DNA from: an uncultured Actinomycetota bacterium
GTDB lineage: Bacteria; Actinomycetota; Actinomycetes; CAVWCF01
Direction: 5' to 3'
Length of the DNA: 64,000 nt
Assembly (NCBI GenBank): GCA_963753435.1
Contig: CAVWCF010000001.1
Location: forward strand, 1,636,502-1,700,501
Made by a program: the position numbers and the translations under genes
Shown: piece after piece, positions 21,196 through 30,166 of the stretch
Layout: every line of letters begins with the position of its first letter
How positions within the stretch are numbered: position 1 is the stretch's first letter
The notes under the pieces: generated by a model
Seen by the model: the letters and a program-made list of their open reading frames with translations, nothing else
What the model was told of the DNA's origin: nothing
Databases searched by the model: none

Positions 21196-21564
21196 GTGAC
21201 CGCGCTACGTGGTTTCCGGCTGACGAGCTACTCCTACGAGGACGGCGCCGACGTCCGTCCCGTCGAGATGGTTCCGCACACCTACTTCTGCCCGCTCGGT
21301 CACTCCCTGACGCTGCGCTTCGCCGCCGACGCTGAGGACATCCCCGACACTTGGGATTGCCCCAAGTGCGGTCGTTCCGCGCACGCCGACGAGACCTCCG
21401 CGCACCGGCTGCGGGCCACCGGTGAGGGCACCGCGCTGTCCAACCCGCGGTCCGAGGCGGCCACCAAGACCCATTGGGACATGCTGCGCGAGCGTCGTAC
21501 CGACGCCGAACTGGACGCCCTCCTCGAGGAGCGTCTGGAGCAGCTGCGCACCACCGGTCGCTGA
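21196..21564 (+). CDS. rbpA: RNA polymerase-binding protein RbpA family (divergent copy)
   Basis: ALRG.RL..SYE, YFCPLGH...WDCPKCG, KTHWDMLRERRT.AELDALLEERL. Confidence 0.88.
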   Translation: MTALRGFRLTSYSYEDGADVRPVEMVPHTYFCPLGHSLTLRFAADAEDIPDTWDCPKCGRSAHADETSAHRLRATGEGTALSNPRSEAATKTHWDMLRERRTDAELDALLEERLEQLRTTGR

Positions 21565-21706
21565 CCTAACTCCGGTCGCAACAAGCGCGCGGGCGAGATC
21601 GCCCGATCAGCGCAGCGGTCGTTCAAGTACCACCTGAAGCAGACCCGATCCATCGGTGACGGTCCTGCGCTGCCCTGCGGCGTCGGCGCCGCCAGCGCAA
21701 CAGGTC

Positions 21707-21743
21707 CGATGCCCGGCCACCACGGGGGAGTGGCCGGGCATCG
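21707..21743. terminator. Stem-loop between convergent rbpA-like and oxidoreductase genes
   Basis: 14-bp perfect stem CGATGCCCGGCCAC / GTGGCCGGGCATCG. Confidence 0.7.
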
Positions 21744-21748
21744 TGCTG

Positions 21749-22897
21749 TCACGGCGACGTGTTGCTGAACCGGGCCGGCGAGACACTGTCGACCTCCGCC
21801 TGGCTGACTCCGGCCGGGAGCGGCCCGCCCTCGATCAGGGCGGCCACGAGCGCACCGGCCGCCGGAGCGGTTTGGATGCCGAAACCGCCCTGACCAGCGC
21901 ACCAATGCAGACCCGGCACCTGCGGGTCCGGGCCCAGCACGAGTCCCCGGTCCGGGGCGAAGGTGCGTAGCCCCGCCCACTCGTGTTGCACGGCGCGGAT
22001 CTGCAAGGTGGTCGCGGCATTGATCTCCTCGATGGCTCCGGCCACGTCGACCATCTCCACCCGGGCGTCGACCGGTTCGGAAGGGGTCTCATCCGCAGGG
22101 GAGCACAACAGGCCGTCGCCTTCGGGCTTGAAGTAGTAGCGCTCCGCAACGTCGTGCACCAGTGGCCAACCGCGGGCCTGCGGGTACGGGCCCACCGTGA
22201 ACGCCGTTCGCCGCAGCGGTTGCAGCCCCACCGGTTGCGCCTGGCCCATCACAGCAACGATGTCGGCCCAGGCGCCGGCGGCGTTGACCACGTGGCGGCA
22301 GCGGATCGGTCCGGAACTGGTGAGCAGCCGCCACCGGTCGTCGACGAACCGCAACCCCAGCACCTCACAACGAACCCGGACCTCACCGCCGCTTCGGCGC
22401 AGTCCCTTGATGAACGCGGCGTGCAGCGCCGCCACGTCGATGTCGCTGGCGTCCGGCTCGTAGACGCCGGCCACGGCCGCCTCGGGCCGAAGCACCGGGC
22501 AGAGTCGGCGCACCTCGTCGCCGTCGATCAGTTGGATGCTTGGCACCAGCCGCCGACCGTCCTCGGCTTTCTGCCGCAGCAGGTCCAGGTCGGACTCGCG
22601 CCCGACTTCCAGCATGGGCCGTGGGCTGAGCAGCGAATGGGGAACCAGGTCGTCCGGGGGCTCCTGCAGGAAAGACCGGGAGGCCAGGGTGAGTCGGCGT
22701 ACCGTCTCGTCGCCGTAGTTCTCCAGGTACTGCGCGGCGCTGCGACCGGTGGTGTGGAACGCGAGTTCGCTTTCCCGCTCGACGAGAATCACGCGCGCAC
22801 CAGCTCGGGACGCCCAGTAGGCGACCGACGCGCCAGCGATCCCGCCGCCGATCACCGCCACGTCGGCGGTGTCGGTCTTGTCGACGATTGCAGTCAC
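21749..22897 (-). CDS. FAD-dependent oxidoreductase (DAO/DadA-like family)
   Basis: VIGGGIAG, HTTGRSAA, VNAAGAWAD, WAGLRTFAPD, GQGGFGIQTAPA; start taken at GTG 22897. Confidence 0.9.
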   Translation of the reverse strand: MTAIVDKTDTADVAVIGGGIAGASVAYWASRAGARVILVERESELAFHTTGRSAAQYLENYGDETVRRLTLASRSFLQEPPDDLVPHSLLSPRPMLEVGRESDLDLLRQKAEDGRRLVPSIQLIDGDEVRRLCPVLRPEAAVAGVYEPDASDIDVAALHAAFIKGLRRSGGEVRVRCEVLGLRFVDDRWRLLTSSGPIRCRHVVNAAGAWADIVAVMGQAQPVGLQPLRRTAFTVGPYPQARGWPLVHDVAERYYFKPEGDGLLCSPADETPSEPVDARVEMVDVAGAIEEINAATTLQIRAVQHEWAGLRTFAPDRGLVLGPDPQVPGLHWCAGQGGFGIQTAPAAGALVAALIEGGPLPAGVSQAEVDSVSPARFSNTSP

Positions 22898-22951
22898 CGG
22901 CTCATCCTGGCGCCTGCTGCGATCCGCGTGCGGCACTTCTAGGCTCTGCGC

Positions 22952-23923
22952 ATGTGGGATTCGGTGCGGCACCGCGCCGCGCACCTGGTGCGACCGCACT
23001 CCCACGACACCACGGACAAGGTCGACAGCGCCCTGGCGACCAGCCGAGAGGGGCTGCGCGCGCTGTGGCTGTCGTTCCTGGCGCTCATGGTCACAGCGGG
23101 ACTGCAAGCGATCGTGGTCGTATTCACCGGCAGCGTGGCGCTGCTGTCAGACACGCTGCACAACCTCGCCGATGCGTTGACGGCGATCCCAATCGCTATC
23201 GCTTTCCTCCTGGGACGGCGGCAGGCGACGCGGGCGTACACGTACGGCTTCGGCCGCGCGGAGGATCTCGCCGGGCTGGTTGTGGTGCTGTTCATCGCTG
23301 CCTCGGCGTTCTCCGCCGCGTACACCGCGATCCGGCGTTTCGTCGAGCCGCAGGAAGTCGAGTACGTCGGCGCGGTCGCCGCGGCCGGGGTGATCGGCTT
23401 CATCGGCAACGAGCTGGTCGCGCGCTACCGCATCAGGGTCGGCCGCCGGATCGGCTCGGCCGCCCTGGTCGCCGACGGGTTGCACGCGCGCACCGACGGG
23501 TTGACGTCGCTGGCGGTGCTGGTGTCGGCCGTTGGCTTGGCAATCGGTTGGGAGTGGGCCGACCCGGCGGTGGGCCTGCTGATCACCGTGGCGATCCTGT
23601 ACGTGCTGCGCGACGCCACCCGGCAGGTGTGGCGGCGGCTGATGGACGCCGTCGACCCCGACCTCGTCGACGCCGCCGATGCCGTGCTGCGAGAGACACC
23701 TGGCGTGGTGGACGTGCGCAATCTCCGGCTGCGCTGGACCGGTCACGACCTGCGCGGTGCGGTCGATCTCGAAGTCGCGGCGGATCTGTCCTTGCGGCAG
23801 GCGCACGCAATCGCCGAGGACGCCGAGCACCGACTGATCCACGCCATCCCCCGGCTGCAGTCCGTGGCGGTGCACACCGACCCGGCCGGGTACGAGCACA
23901 CCGACCTGGACCACCACCGATAA
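22952..23923 (+). CDS. Cation diffusion facilitator (CDF) metal exporter
   Basis: PHSHD N-terminus, SVALLSDTLHNLAD, YGFGRAED, ADGLHARTD, C-terminal HTDP. Confidence 0.93.
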   Translation: MWDSVRHRAAHLVRPHSHDTTDKVDSALATSREGLRALWLSFLALMVTAGLQAIVVVFTGSVALLSDTLHNLADALTAIPIAIAFLLGRRQATRAYTYGFGRAEDLAGLVVVLFIAASAFSAAYTAIRRFVEPQEVEYVGAVAAAGVIGFIGNELVARYRIRVGRRIGSAALVADGLHARTDGLTSLAVLVSAVGLAIGWEWADPAVGLLITVAILYVLRDATRQVWRRLMDAVDPDLVDAADAVLRETPGVVDVRNLRLRWTGHDLRGAVDLEVAADLSLRQAHAIAEDAEHRLIHAIPRLQSVAVHTDPAGYEHTDLDHHR

Positions 23924-23955
23924 GTGCCTGAACCACCGATGAGAGGAATGCGTCG

Positions 23956-24480
23956 ATGAGCGCTGCACACCCGTGGCTGGAGCCGCAGTCCTGGCCCACC
24001 GAACCGCTGCCGCGGGCGGCGTTGGAGCGCGAGATCGAGCGGGTGTTGACGCTGACCAACATCGGCTACTTGGCGACCATCGCCAAGGACGGTTCGCCGA
24101 TCGTGTCGCCGGTGGAGTTCTACGCCGACGGTTTGACCGTCTACGTCTACCCACAACCGAAGTCGCCGAAGTTGGCCGCGATGCGCCGCGACCCCCGCGT
24201 GTCCTTCGCCGTGGCCAACCCGGTGGCTGGTTGGGCCAGCGCGTTCGGCGTGCAGATGTTCGGATCGGTCGACCTGCTCGAGGCCGACTCACCGGACTAC
24301 GCGCGCGGCATGGAGGTCTTCAAGTGGATCACCTCCTACTGGGAGGTGGGCCGACCGCTGGAAAGCGGACCGCCCACGGGCACGCTGATGCGGCTGGCGC
24401 CGGAGCGGGTGGTCCTCACTCAGCACTTCCTGCGGCGCGACGGGTACGCGCCACGCCAGACCTGGCGCCGGGAGGACTAG
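23956..24480 (+). CDS. Pyridoxamine 5'-phosphate oxidase-like (split beta-barrel FMN/F420-binding) protein
   Basis: YLATIAKDGSPIVSPV, SPKLAAMRRDPRVSF. Confidence 0.8.
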   Translation: MSAAHPWLEPQSWPTEPLPRAALEREIERVLTLTNIGYLATIAKDGSPIVSPVEFYADGLTVYVYPQPKSPKLAAMRRDPRVSFAVANPVAGWASAFGVQMFGSVDLLEADSPDYARGMEVFKWITSYWEVGRPLESGPPTGTLMRLAPERVVLTQHFLRRDGYAPRQTWRRED

Positions 24481-24713
24481 CCGAGCGCGAGGTACTGGCC
24501 CGATCCCGCCAAGACGCACCTGTAGTGCGAGAACGCACCCTTGGTGCCCAAACGCATCCGGCGCGGATGCGATCTGGCTTCAACGTTGCCAACCAGTCAG
24601 CGTCCAGCGCGAACTTGGGCGATACGCGCATTCCCCAGTGGGATTAGTGGGACGCTGACGTGCGACCTTCAGGCCGCACTTGAATCCGAAACCCTCCCCG
24701 AAGGGAGACGTTC

Positions 24714-24998
24714 ATGGCGCGTTTGCATGCTGAGTTCACTGTTGGCGACTACGGGCAGTGGAAGGCAATGTTCGACAACGATCCCGCCGGCCGACAGGCC
24801 GGTGGCGTCCGCTCGTACCAGATCAGTCGAGGTGTCCAGGAACCCAACCACGTGCTGCTCGACATGGAGTTCGATGACTCCGCGACGGCCGAGGCATTCC
24901 TGGAGCGGCTGCAGCCGGTCTGGTCATCGGCCCCGGCTGGGGCGATTCAGTCACCGACTGGAATCGTTGTCGAAACCCAGGACGTGGTGAGCGTCTAG
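24714..24998 (+). CDS. Small dimeric alpha/beta-barrel (ABM-like) hypothetical protein
   Basis: V.DY..WK..FD.DP..R...GV...I.R...PN.V...EFD pattern; GGGAG RBS. Confidence 0.7.
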   Translation: MARLHAEFTVGDYGQWKAMFDNDPAGRQAGGVRSYQISRGVQEPNHVLLDMEFDDSATAEAFLERLQPVWSSAPAGAIQSPTGIVVETQDVVSV

Positions 24999-25056
24999 CG
25001 ACCCATTCGGCGCCGTCGCGCTGGCGCTGGCGACGCTGCCCCCGGCCGCAGAGCCG

Positions 25057-25704
25057 CTATTGGACAGTAGCCAGCAGGAACGCTGAACGGGACGCCAATA
25101 GGCCGCGAAGAACCAGGAATCCGACCAGCCCACCGGCGATCAGGTCCGAGGCCCAGTGCGTCCCGCGCAGGATCGAGCACGCGGTGACGACCGCCCACGG
25201 TCCCCACAGCCAACCCCGGCTCAGTCGCGGTTCGCGGCCCAGCAGTTCGGCGGTGAGTACGGCGGCCACGCCCCAGAAGACGACTGCGCCGGCGGCGTGC
25301 CCGGAGGGGAACGCCAACCCGCCGTCCCACCAGTCGGCCACCGGTTCGTGCGGGAAGTTGCGCCCGAGGATGACTTTGAGGCCCCCGGTCGTGAGCGTGA
25401 ACGCCAGTGGTGTGGCCAAGGCGAGCAGCAGCGGCGCCCACTGGCGACGGCGCACCGCCGCGGCGACGCCGAGGGCCAGGACCAGGACGGTGAGCGGGCC
25501 GCGCTGACCGACGACCTCGAGAACCCGTAGGGCCGAATCCCACTCGGTACCGGCGGCTCGGGACACCGAGACCGTGATTCGGCCGTCCAACCGTTCGCCT
25601 AGCGGGCTGAGGGCGAACAGGAACAGCGCGACGAAACCGAGGGCCGCGGTCACTACCGCGGCGTCGGACAACTCCCGGCGCAGCCCGGCATACCAGTCGG
25701 CCAA
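25057..25704 (-). CDS. PAP2-family membrane phosphatase
   Basis: K.ILGR.FP, FPSGH, HWASDLIAG motifs; start uncertain (TTG 25704 assumed). Confidence 0.8.
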   Translation of the reverse strand: MADWYAGLRRELSDAAVVTAALGFVALFLFALSPLGERLDGRITVSVSRAAGTEWDSALRVLEVVGQRGPLTVLVLALGVAAAVRRRQWAPLLLALATPLAFTLTTGGLKVILGRNFPHEPVADWWDGGLAFPSGHAAGAVVFWGVAAVLTAELLGREPRLSRGWLWGPWAVVTACSILRGTHWASDLIAGGLVGFLVLRGLLASRSAFLLATVQ

Positions 25705-25802
25705 TCGAATACCCCCGTGACGCGCGCCCGTCGGCGCGCCGCCAATACTGCCTGAGGCCGCTCGCACACCCAAGCCGGGGGAAGCTGCCGTTCCGCCGCC
25801 GG

Positions 25803-26471
25803 TCAGGCGGTGAGCGTCGCTGAGGTGAACCCGACCTCGAAGGCGCGGCACCAGATGACCACCGAGGTGAACCGGGTCAGGTCGACGTCAGCTCCGATGG
25901 CGTACTGCTGGTCGCCAACGTTGCCCTTGAGCGCGCCCAAGTCCACGACCTCGCCCAGTTCTGCGCCGCTGGCCGGATCACCCTCGGCCAGGTAGACGCG
26001 CAGGTCCGGTCCCGGGTCGGTCTCGAAACCGGTGAACGTCAGCACCGAGGTGCCATCGGGGTTGGTGAGGATGGTGGCCGTCCCCGCGCCGGGGTGGGCG
26101 ATGGGCGCGAACTGGCCGGAGGCGACCTCCTCGACCCCCACTACCTCGGCCGTGACCACTTCTTCGTTCACGGTGCGGTCGAGCACCGTCGGCAAACCCA
26201 CCAGCAGCGTGACGGCGATCGAGGCCAGGCCGAAACCGGCGCCCAAAGGCAGCCACAGGTCACGACGGCGGCGCACCAACAGGTAGCCGCCCACGAGGAC
26301 GGCGCCGAACCAGGCGGCAGTCAGCAGCATCGCCACCTGGTCGTTGTTGGCCAGTCGGCCCATCGCGAAGACGCCGACCGTGAGCACGGCCAGGATCGCG
26401 ACGAACGCGCCGACCTTGCCGGGTATCGACGTAGTGGGTGCGTCGGGTCGCTTGGTGGGTAGCAGTTGCAT
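25803..26471 (-). CDS. Membrane protein with DM13 domain
   Basis: Three N-terminal TMs; GPDLRVYL, LGALKGNVGDQQY, SVVIWC..F; GAGGAGG RBS before ATG 26471. Confidence 0.88.
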   Translation of the reverse strand: MQLLPTKRPDAPTTSIPGKVGAFVAILAVLTVGVFAMGRLANNDQVAMLLTAAWFGAVLVGGYLLVRRRRDLWLPLGAGFGLASIAVTLLVGLPTVLDRTVNEEVVTAEVVGVEEVASGQFAPIAHPGAGTATILTNPDGTSVLTFTGFETDPGPDLRVYLAEGDPASGAELGEVVDLGALKGNVGDQQYAIGADVDLTRFTSVVIWCRAFEVGFTSATLTA

Positions 26472-26544
26472 TGAGTCCTCCTCGGTCATGGCTGCCAACG
26501 CGCCGCGCCGCGGGACTTGTTCCGGATCAGTCCTTACGGAGTTC

Positions 26545-28047
26545 TCACGAGCGGCCTAGCACCGTAGGCATCCGCATCCGCGCCAACCGGCCCACCGAGT
26601 CGACGCTGCGCCCGTAGCCGCGCCCGCTGACGGTCAGCCGGAACTCGCCGGTGTCCAGTTGTGAGGACAACTCCGCCCAGTGCTCGCCGTGCTCCCAGCG
26701 CTGCTGCAAGGCGTTCGCGGTGGCGGTGAAGGAGAACTCCCCGGCGAAGGCGGGATGCTCGTTGCGCAACCGGACGGCGTTGAGGGTGGCCCGCACCACC
26801 GGCCGCCGCAGCGCGGACGCGATCTCGCTGCGGGTGTAGCGGTGCCGGTTGATATCGCGAGCCTCGCCGGTCTGCGCCAACAGCGCCTGATCGTTGGCCC
26901 CGGCCAGCAGCCCCACGTAGTACAGCTGCGGCAGGCCCGGGGTGAACAGTTGAATGAGCCGCGAGAGCAGGTGCAGGTCGTCGTCCTGACCGACCGCGCT
27001 GTACCAGGTGCAGTTGAGCCGGTATCGGTTCAGTTCTGCGGGGCTGCGTTCGTTGGCGCGCTGAGCGCCGTCACCGGTGTGCTCGTAGACGTGAGCGAAC
27101 AGCGCCTCGATCTGCTCGTCGTTCAGCAGCCCTTCCAGACCCCGCGGGTCATCGGCGGCGTCGATGATGCCGATGCCGTCGTGGGTGTCCAGAACCGTCA
27201 ACGCGTTGTGGGGCCGCTTGGCCAACCATCTCGCCAGCGGTTGGGAATCGCCGGTGAGGATGCCGTGCAGCACCAACGGGGCCAGCGCGAAGTCGTACAC
27301 GTAGTCGACGCACTCGGCCAGCCGCCACTGGTAGGAGTGGTGGGCGTGAACCTCAGCGACGGTCTTGACGCCCATCTCGCCGGCCAGTTCGGTCACCCGC
27401 TGCAGCCCGTCGAGGGTGTCGGGGATGAGGAAGCAGGAGGTGCCCGCCTTCTTGATGGCGTAGCCGACGGCATCCAGCCGGACCAGGCGCACGCCGTTCT
27501 CGGCGAGCAGGAACAACGTGTCGCGCAGGTAGTTCAACGCGCCGGGGTCGAACAGGTCCAGGTCGACCTGGTCGCGGGTGAACGTCGTCCACAGCAACCT
27601 CCTGGTGCCGTCGTCGAAGTCCATCGGGGTGAACGGCAACCCGGGTCGCGGTCGGTAGATGGCGGCCAGGTCGTCCTGGGATGCGCCTTCGGGGAAGACC
27701 TTGCCGTAGGTGAGGAACATGTTCGCGAACTCGGACTCGTCGCCCTTGGCGCAGAAGTCGCGGAACTGTTCGGATTGCGCGGACATGTGGTTGACGATCA
27801 GGTCGGCCATCACATTGGTCTGTCCGGCCAGCCAGCGCACGTCCTCCCAGGTGCCCACCCGCTCGTCGACGCGTTGGTGATCGATCGGGTCGAAGCCCGC
27901 GTCGGCGCCGTCGATGCGTTCGTAGAACGGCAGCAGGTGTACGCCGTCGAAGGCGTCCTCCAGCGGTCCGCTCAGCACCTGCGCCAGTCCGCGCAGTGAT
28001 CCGCCCAGCCGGTCGGCGTAGGCGATCAACTGGGCGGGTTCGCGCAT
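26545..28047 (-). CDS. GH13_18 sucrose-phosphorylase-family glycoside phosphorylase
   Basis: QLIAYADRLGG, DGADAGFDPIDH, YRPRPG, RLDAVGY (nucleophile), AEVH, VLDTHDGIG. Confidence 0.9.
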   Translation of the reverse strand: MREPAQLIAYADRLGGSLRGLAQVLSGPLEDAFDGVHLLPFYERIDGADAGFDPIDHQRVDERVGTWEDVRWLAGQTNVMADLIVNHMSAQSEQFRDFCAKGDESEFANMFLTYGKVFPEGASQDDLAAIYRPRPGLPFTPMDFDDGTRRLLWTTFTRDQVDLDLFDPGALNYLRDTLFLLAENGVRLVRLDAVGYAIKKAGTSCFLIPDTLDGLQRVTELAGEMGVKTVAEVHAHHSYQWRLAECVDYVYDFALAPLVLHGILTGDSQPLARWLAKRPHNALTVLDTHDGIGIIDAADDPRGLEGLLNDEQIEALFAHVYEHTGDGAQRANERSPAELNRYRLNCTWYSAVGQDDDLHLLSRLIQLFTPGLPQLYYVGLLAGANDQALLAQTGEARDINRHRYTRSEIASALRRPVVRATLNAVRLRNEHPAFAGEFSFTATANALQQRWEHGEHWAELSSQLDTGEFRLTVSGRGYGRSVDSVGRLARMRMPTVLGRS

Positions 28048-28078
28048 TGGCAAAGAATGGCATTGCCCGCCCGGTCGG

Positions 28079-29455
28079 TCAGCCCAGCGGCTCGAATCTC
28101 GCGGTGAAGTGCCGCAGGCTGCTCGGCTGCGACGCGATCCGGTAGCCGCGCAGGGCGGACGCCTCGGCGGCGACGCGGGTGCACACCTCGATCACGTAGT
28201 CGATGTGGGACTGGGTGTAGGTGCGCCGGGGGATGGCCAGGCGCACCAGATCCATGGCGGCCGGGGTCTCGGTGCCGTCGGGGGCGCGACCGAACATGAC
28301 CGTGCCGATCTCGCAGCCGCGCACCCCACCGGTCTCGTACAGGGCCACAGCCAACGCCTGTCCCGGGTACTGCAGCGGCGGGATGTGCGGCAGCAGGGAC
28401 CGGGCGTCCAGATAGACGGCGTGCCCGCCGATGGGTTGCACCACTGGGACGCCGGCCTCGGCAAGGGCTTCGCCCAGGTAGGCGGTGGAGCGGATGCGGT
28501 AGCGCAGGTAGTCGTGGTCGACGGACTCGGTGAGGCCCTGCGCCAGCGCCTCCAGGTCGCGCCCGGCCAGACCGCCGTAGGTCGGGAAGCCCTCGGTGAG
28601 GATCAGCAGCGTGCGGCATTGCTCGGCCAGGGCGTCATCGTTCATCGCCAGCCAACCGCCGATGTTGCCCAGCGGGTCCTTCTTGGCGCTCATGGTCATG
28701 CCGTCGGCCAGCGCCGCCATCTCGCGGACGATGTCGGCGACGTCGCGATCGCCCTGACCGTCCTCGCGTTCGCGGATGAACCAGGCGTTCTCGGCGAACC
28801 GGCAGGCGTCCAGGAACAGCGGTTTGCCGTAGCGGTCGCAGACAGCGCGGACCTCGCGCAGGTTGGCCAGGCTGACCGGTTGACCGCCGCCGGAGTTGTT
28901 GGTGACGGTGACCATGACCACCGGAACGTCCGCGGCGCGGTCCGCCAGCAGGTCATTCAGCGCGGCGGTGTCCAGGTTTCCCTTGAACGGATGCCGGCTG
29001 GCGGGGTCGCGGCCCTCGGCGATGACCAGGTCGACGGCTTCGGCGCCGGTGTATTCCACGTTTGCGCGGGTGGTGTCGAAGTGGGTGTTGCTCGGCACCA
29101 CCTTGCCGGGGCCACCGACTGCGGTGAACAGGATCTTCTCCGCAGCGCGTCCCTGGTGGGTTGGGATCACATGCTCGAAGGGGAACAGGTTGCGCACCGC
29201 GTCGAGGAAGACGAACCAGCTGGGGGAACCGGCGTAGGACTCGTCGCCGCGTTGGATCGCGGCCCATTGGTCGCGGCTCATCGCACCGGTGCCGGAATCG
29301 GTGAGCAGGTCGATCAGCACGTCGGTGGCGCGCAGCCCGAAGAGGTTGTATCCGGCCTCTTCCAGGGCCTGTTTGCGTTGGTCCCGGGTGTTCATGTGCA
29401 GTGGCTCGACGGCATGGATCCGGAACGGCTCGATGATCGTGCGGAACTCGTCCAT
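28079..29455 (-). CDS. tnaA: Tryptophanase / beta-eliminating lyase
   Basis: EPFRI, DLLTDSGT, HQGRAAE, MSAKKD PLP lysine, EGFPTYGGL, RLAIPRR, LRHFT; tyrosine phenol-lyase not excluded. Confidence 0.85.
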   Translation of the reverse strand: MDEFRTIIEPFRIHAVEPLHMNTRDQRKQALEEAGYNLFGLRATDVLIDLLTDSGTGAMSRDQWAAIQRGDESYAGSPSWFVFLDAVRNLFPFEHVIPTHQGRAAEKILFTAVGGPGKVVPSNTHFDTTRANVEYTGAEAVDLVIAEGRDPASRHPFKGNLDTAALNDLLADRAADVPVVMVTVTNNSGGGQPVSLANLREVRAVCDRYGKPLFLDACRFAENAWFIREREDGQGDRDVADIVREMAALADGMTMSAKKDPLGNIGGWLAMNDDALAEQCRTLLILTEGFPTYGGLAGRDLEALAQGLTESVDHDYLRYRIRSTAYLGEALAEAGVPVVQPIGGHAVYLDARSLLPHIPPLQYPGQALAVALYETGGVRGCEIGTVMFGRAPDGTETPAAMDLVRLAIPRRTYTQSHIDYVIEVCTRVAAEASALRGYRIASQPSSLRHFTARFEPLG

Positions 29456-29521
29456 GGCGTCACCTTGGCCAATGGCGGGGACGCTGCGTGGGAGAATGGT
29501 GTTTTGGTGAAGGGGAGACTC

Positions 29522-30115
29522 ATGAGACGTGCGTTGATCATTCCGGCGTTGGCGGCGGCCCTCCTTCTGGCCAGTTGCGGCGGCGACGGCGATGAGGACG
29601 CGTCGAGCACCACCAGCCCGTCCAGCTCTCCTTCGGCCAGCCCTTCCGCCAGCCCGTCCGTGAGTCCGTCACTTGAGGGCGCCGGCTTCGGTCCCTTCAC
29701 CTCCGATGCCGCGGGCACGCGGGTCTCGTTCCTCACCGATGTGCGGGTTGCGGCACAGGCTGGCTTCGACCGGGTTGCGTTGCAGTTCGACGGCGCCGTT
29801 CCCGGCTACCTAATCGAGTACTACGACGGGCCCTACCTCAACACCGCGGGCAACGAGGTGGACATTGAGGGCTCAGCCTTCATCCGGTTGATCATGGAGC
29901 CGGCCAGCGGCGTGGACCTTTCGGTCGACCCCTTCGTGGAGACCTACGAGGGACCGGACCGGATCAGCTCCGACACGGTCAACGTGACCGAGGCGGTTCT
30001 GGTCGACGACTTCGAGGCCAACATGGTCTGGGCGATCGGCGTCAACGAGAAGAAGCCGTTCGCGGTGTCCATCCTGGAGGACCCGAACCGCCTGGTGGTT
30101 GACGTACTGCAGTAA
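29522..30115 (+). CDS. Lipoprotein with AMIN-like domain
   Basis: Lipobox LASC, Ser/Pro linker, GFDRVAL.F, DFEA..VW.IGV, PNRLVVDV. Confidence 0.85.
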   Translation: MRRALIIPALAAALLLASCGGDGDEDASSTTSPSSSPSASPSASPSVSPSLEGAGFGPFTSDAAGTRVSFLTDVRVAAQAGFDRVALQFDGAVPGYLIEYYDGPYLNTAGNEVDIEGSAFIRLIMEPASGVDLSVDPFVETYEGPDRISSDTVNVTEAVLVDDFEANMVWAIGVNEKKPFAVSILEDPNRLVVDVLQ

Positions 30116-30166
30116 TGCGGGGGCCGACTTCCGTGCGACGGACTGCCTGTCGTTTGTGGTGAAGCG

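Noticed and set aside
24481-24713. Intergenic hairpin CGCATCCG-GCG-CGGATGCG and nearby short repeats as an ncRNA or riboswitch
   Set aside because: Single short stem with no recognisable family motif; at most a terminator
28109-29521. N-terminal 470 aa of the 668-aa plus-strand ORF
   Set aside because: Antisense to tryptophanase; the real lipoprotein starts at ATG 29522 with an RBS and lipobox
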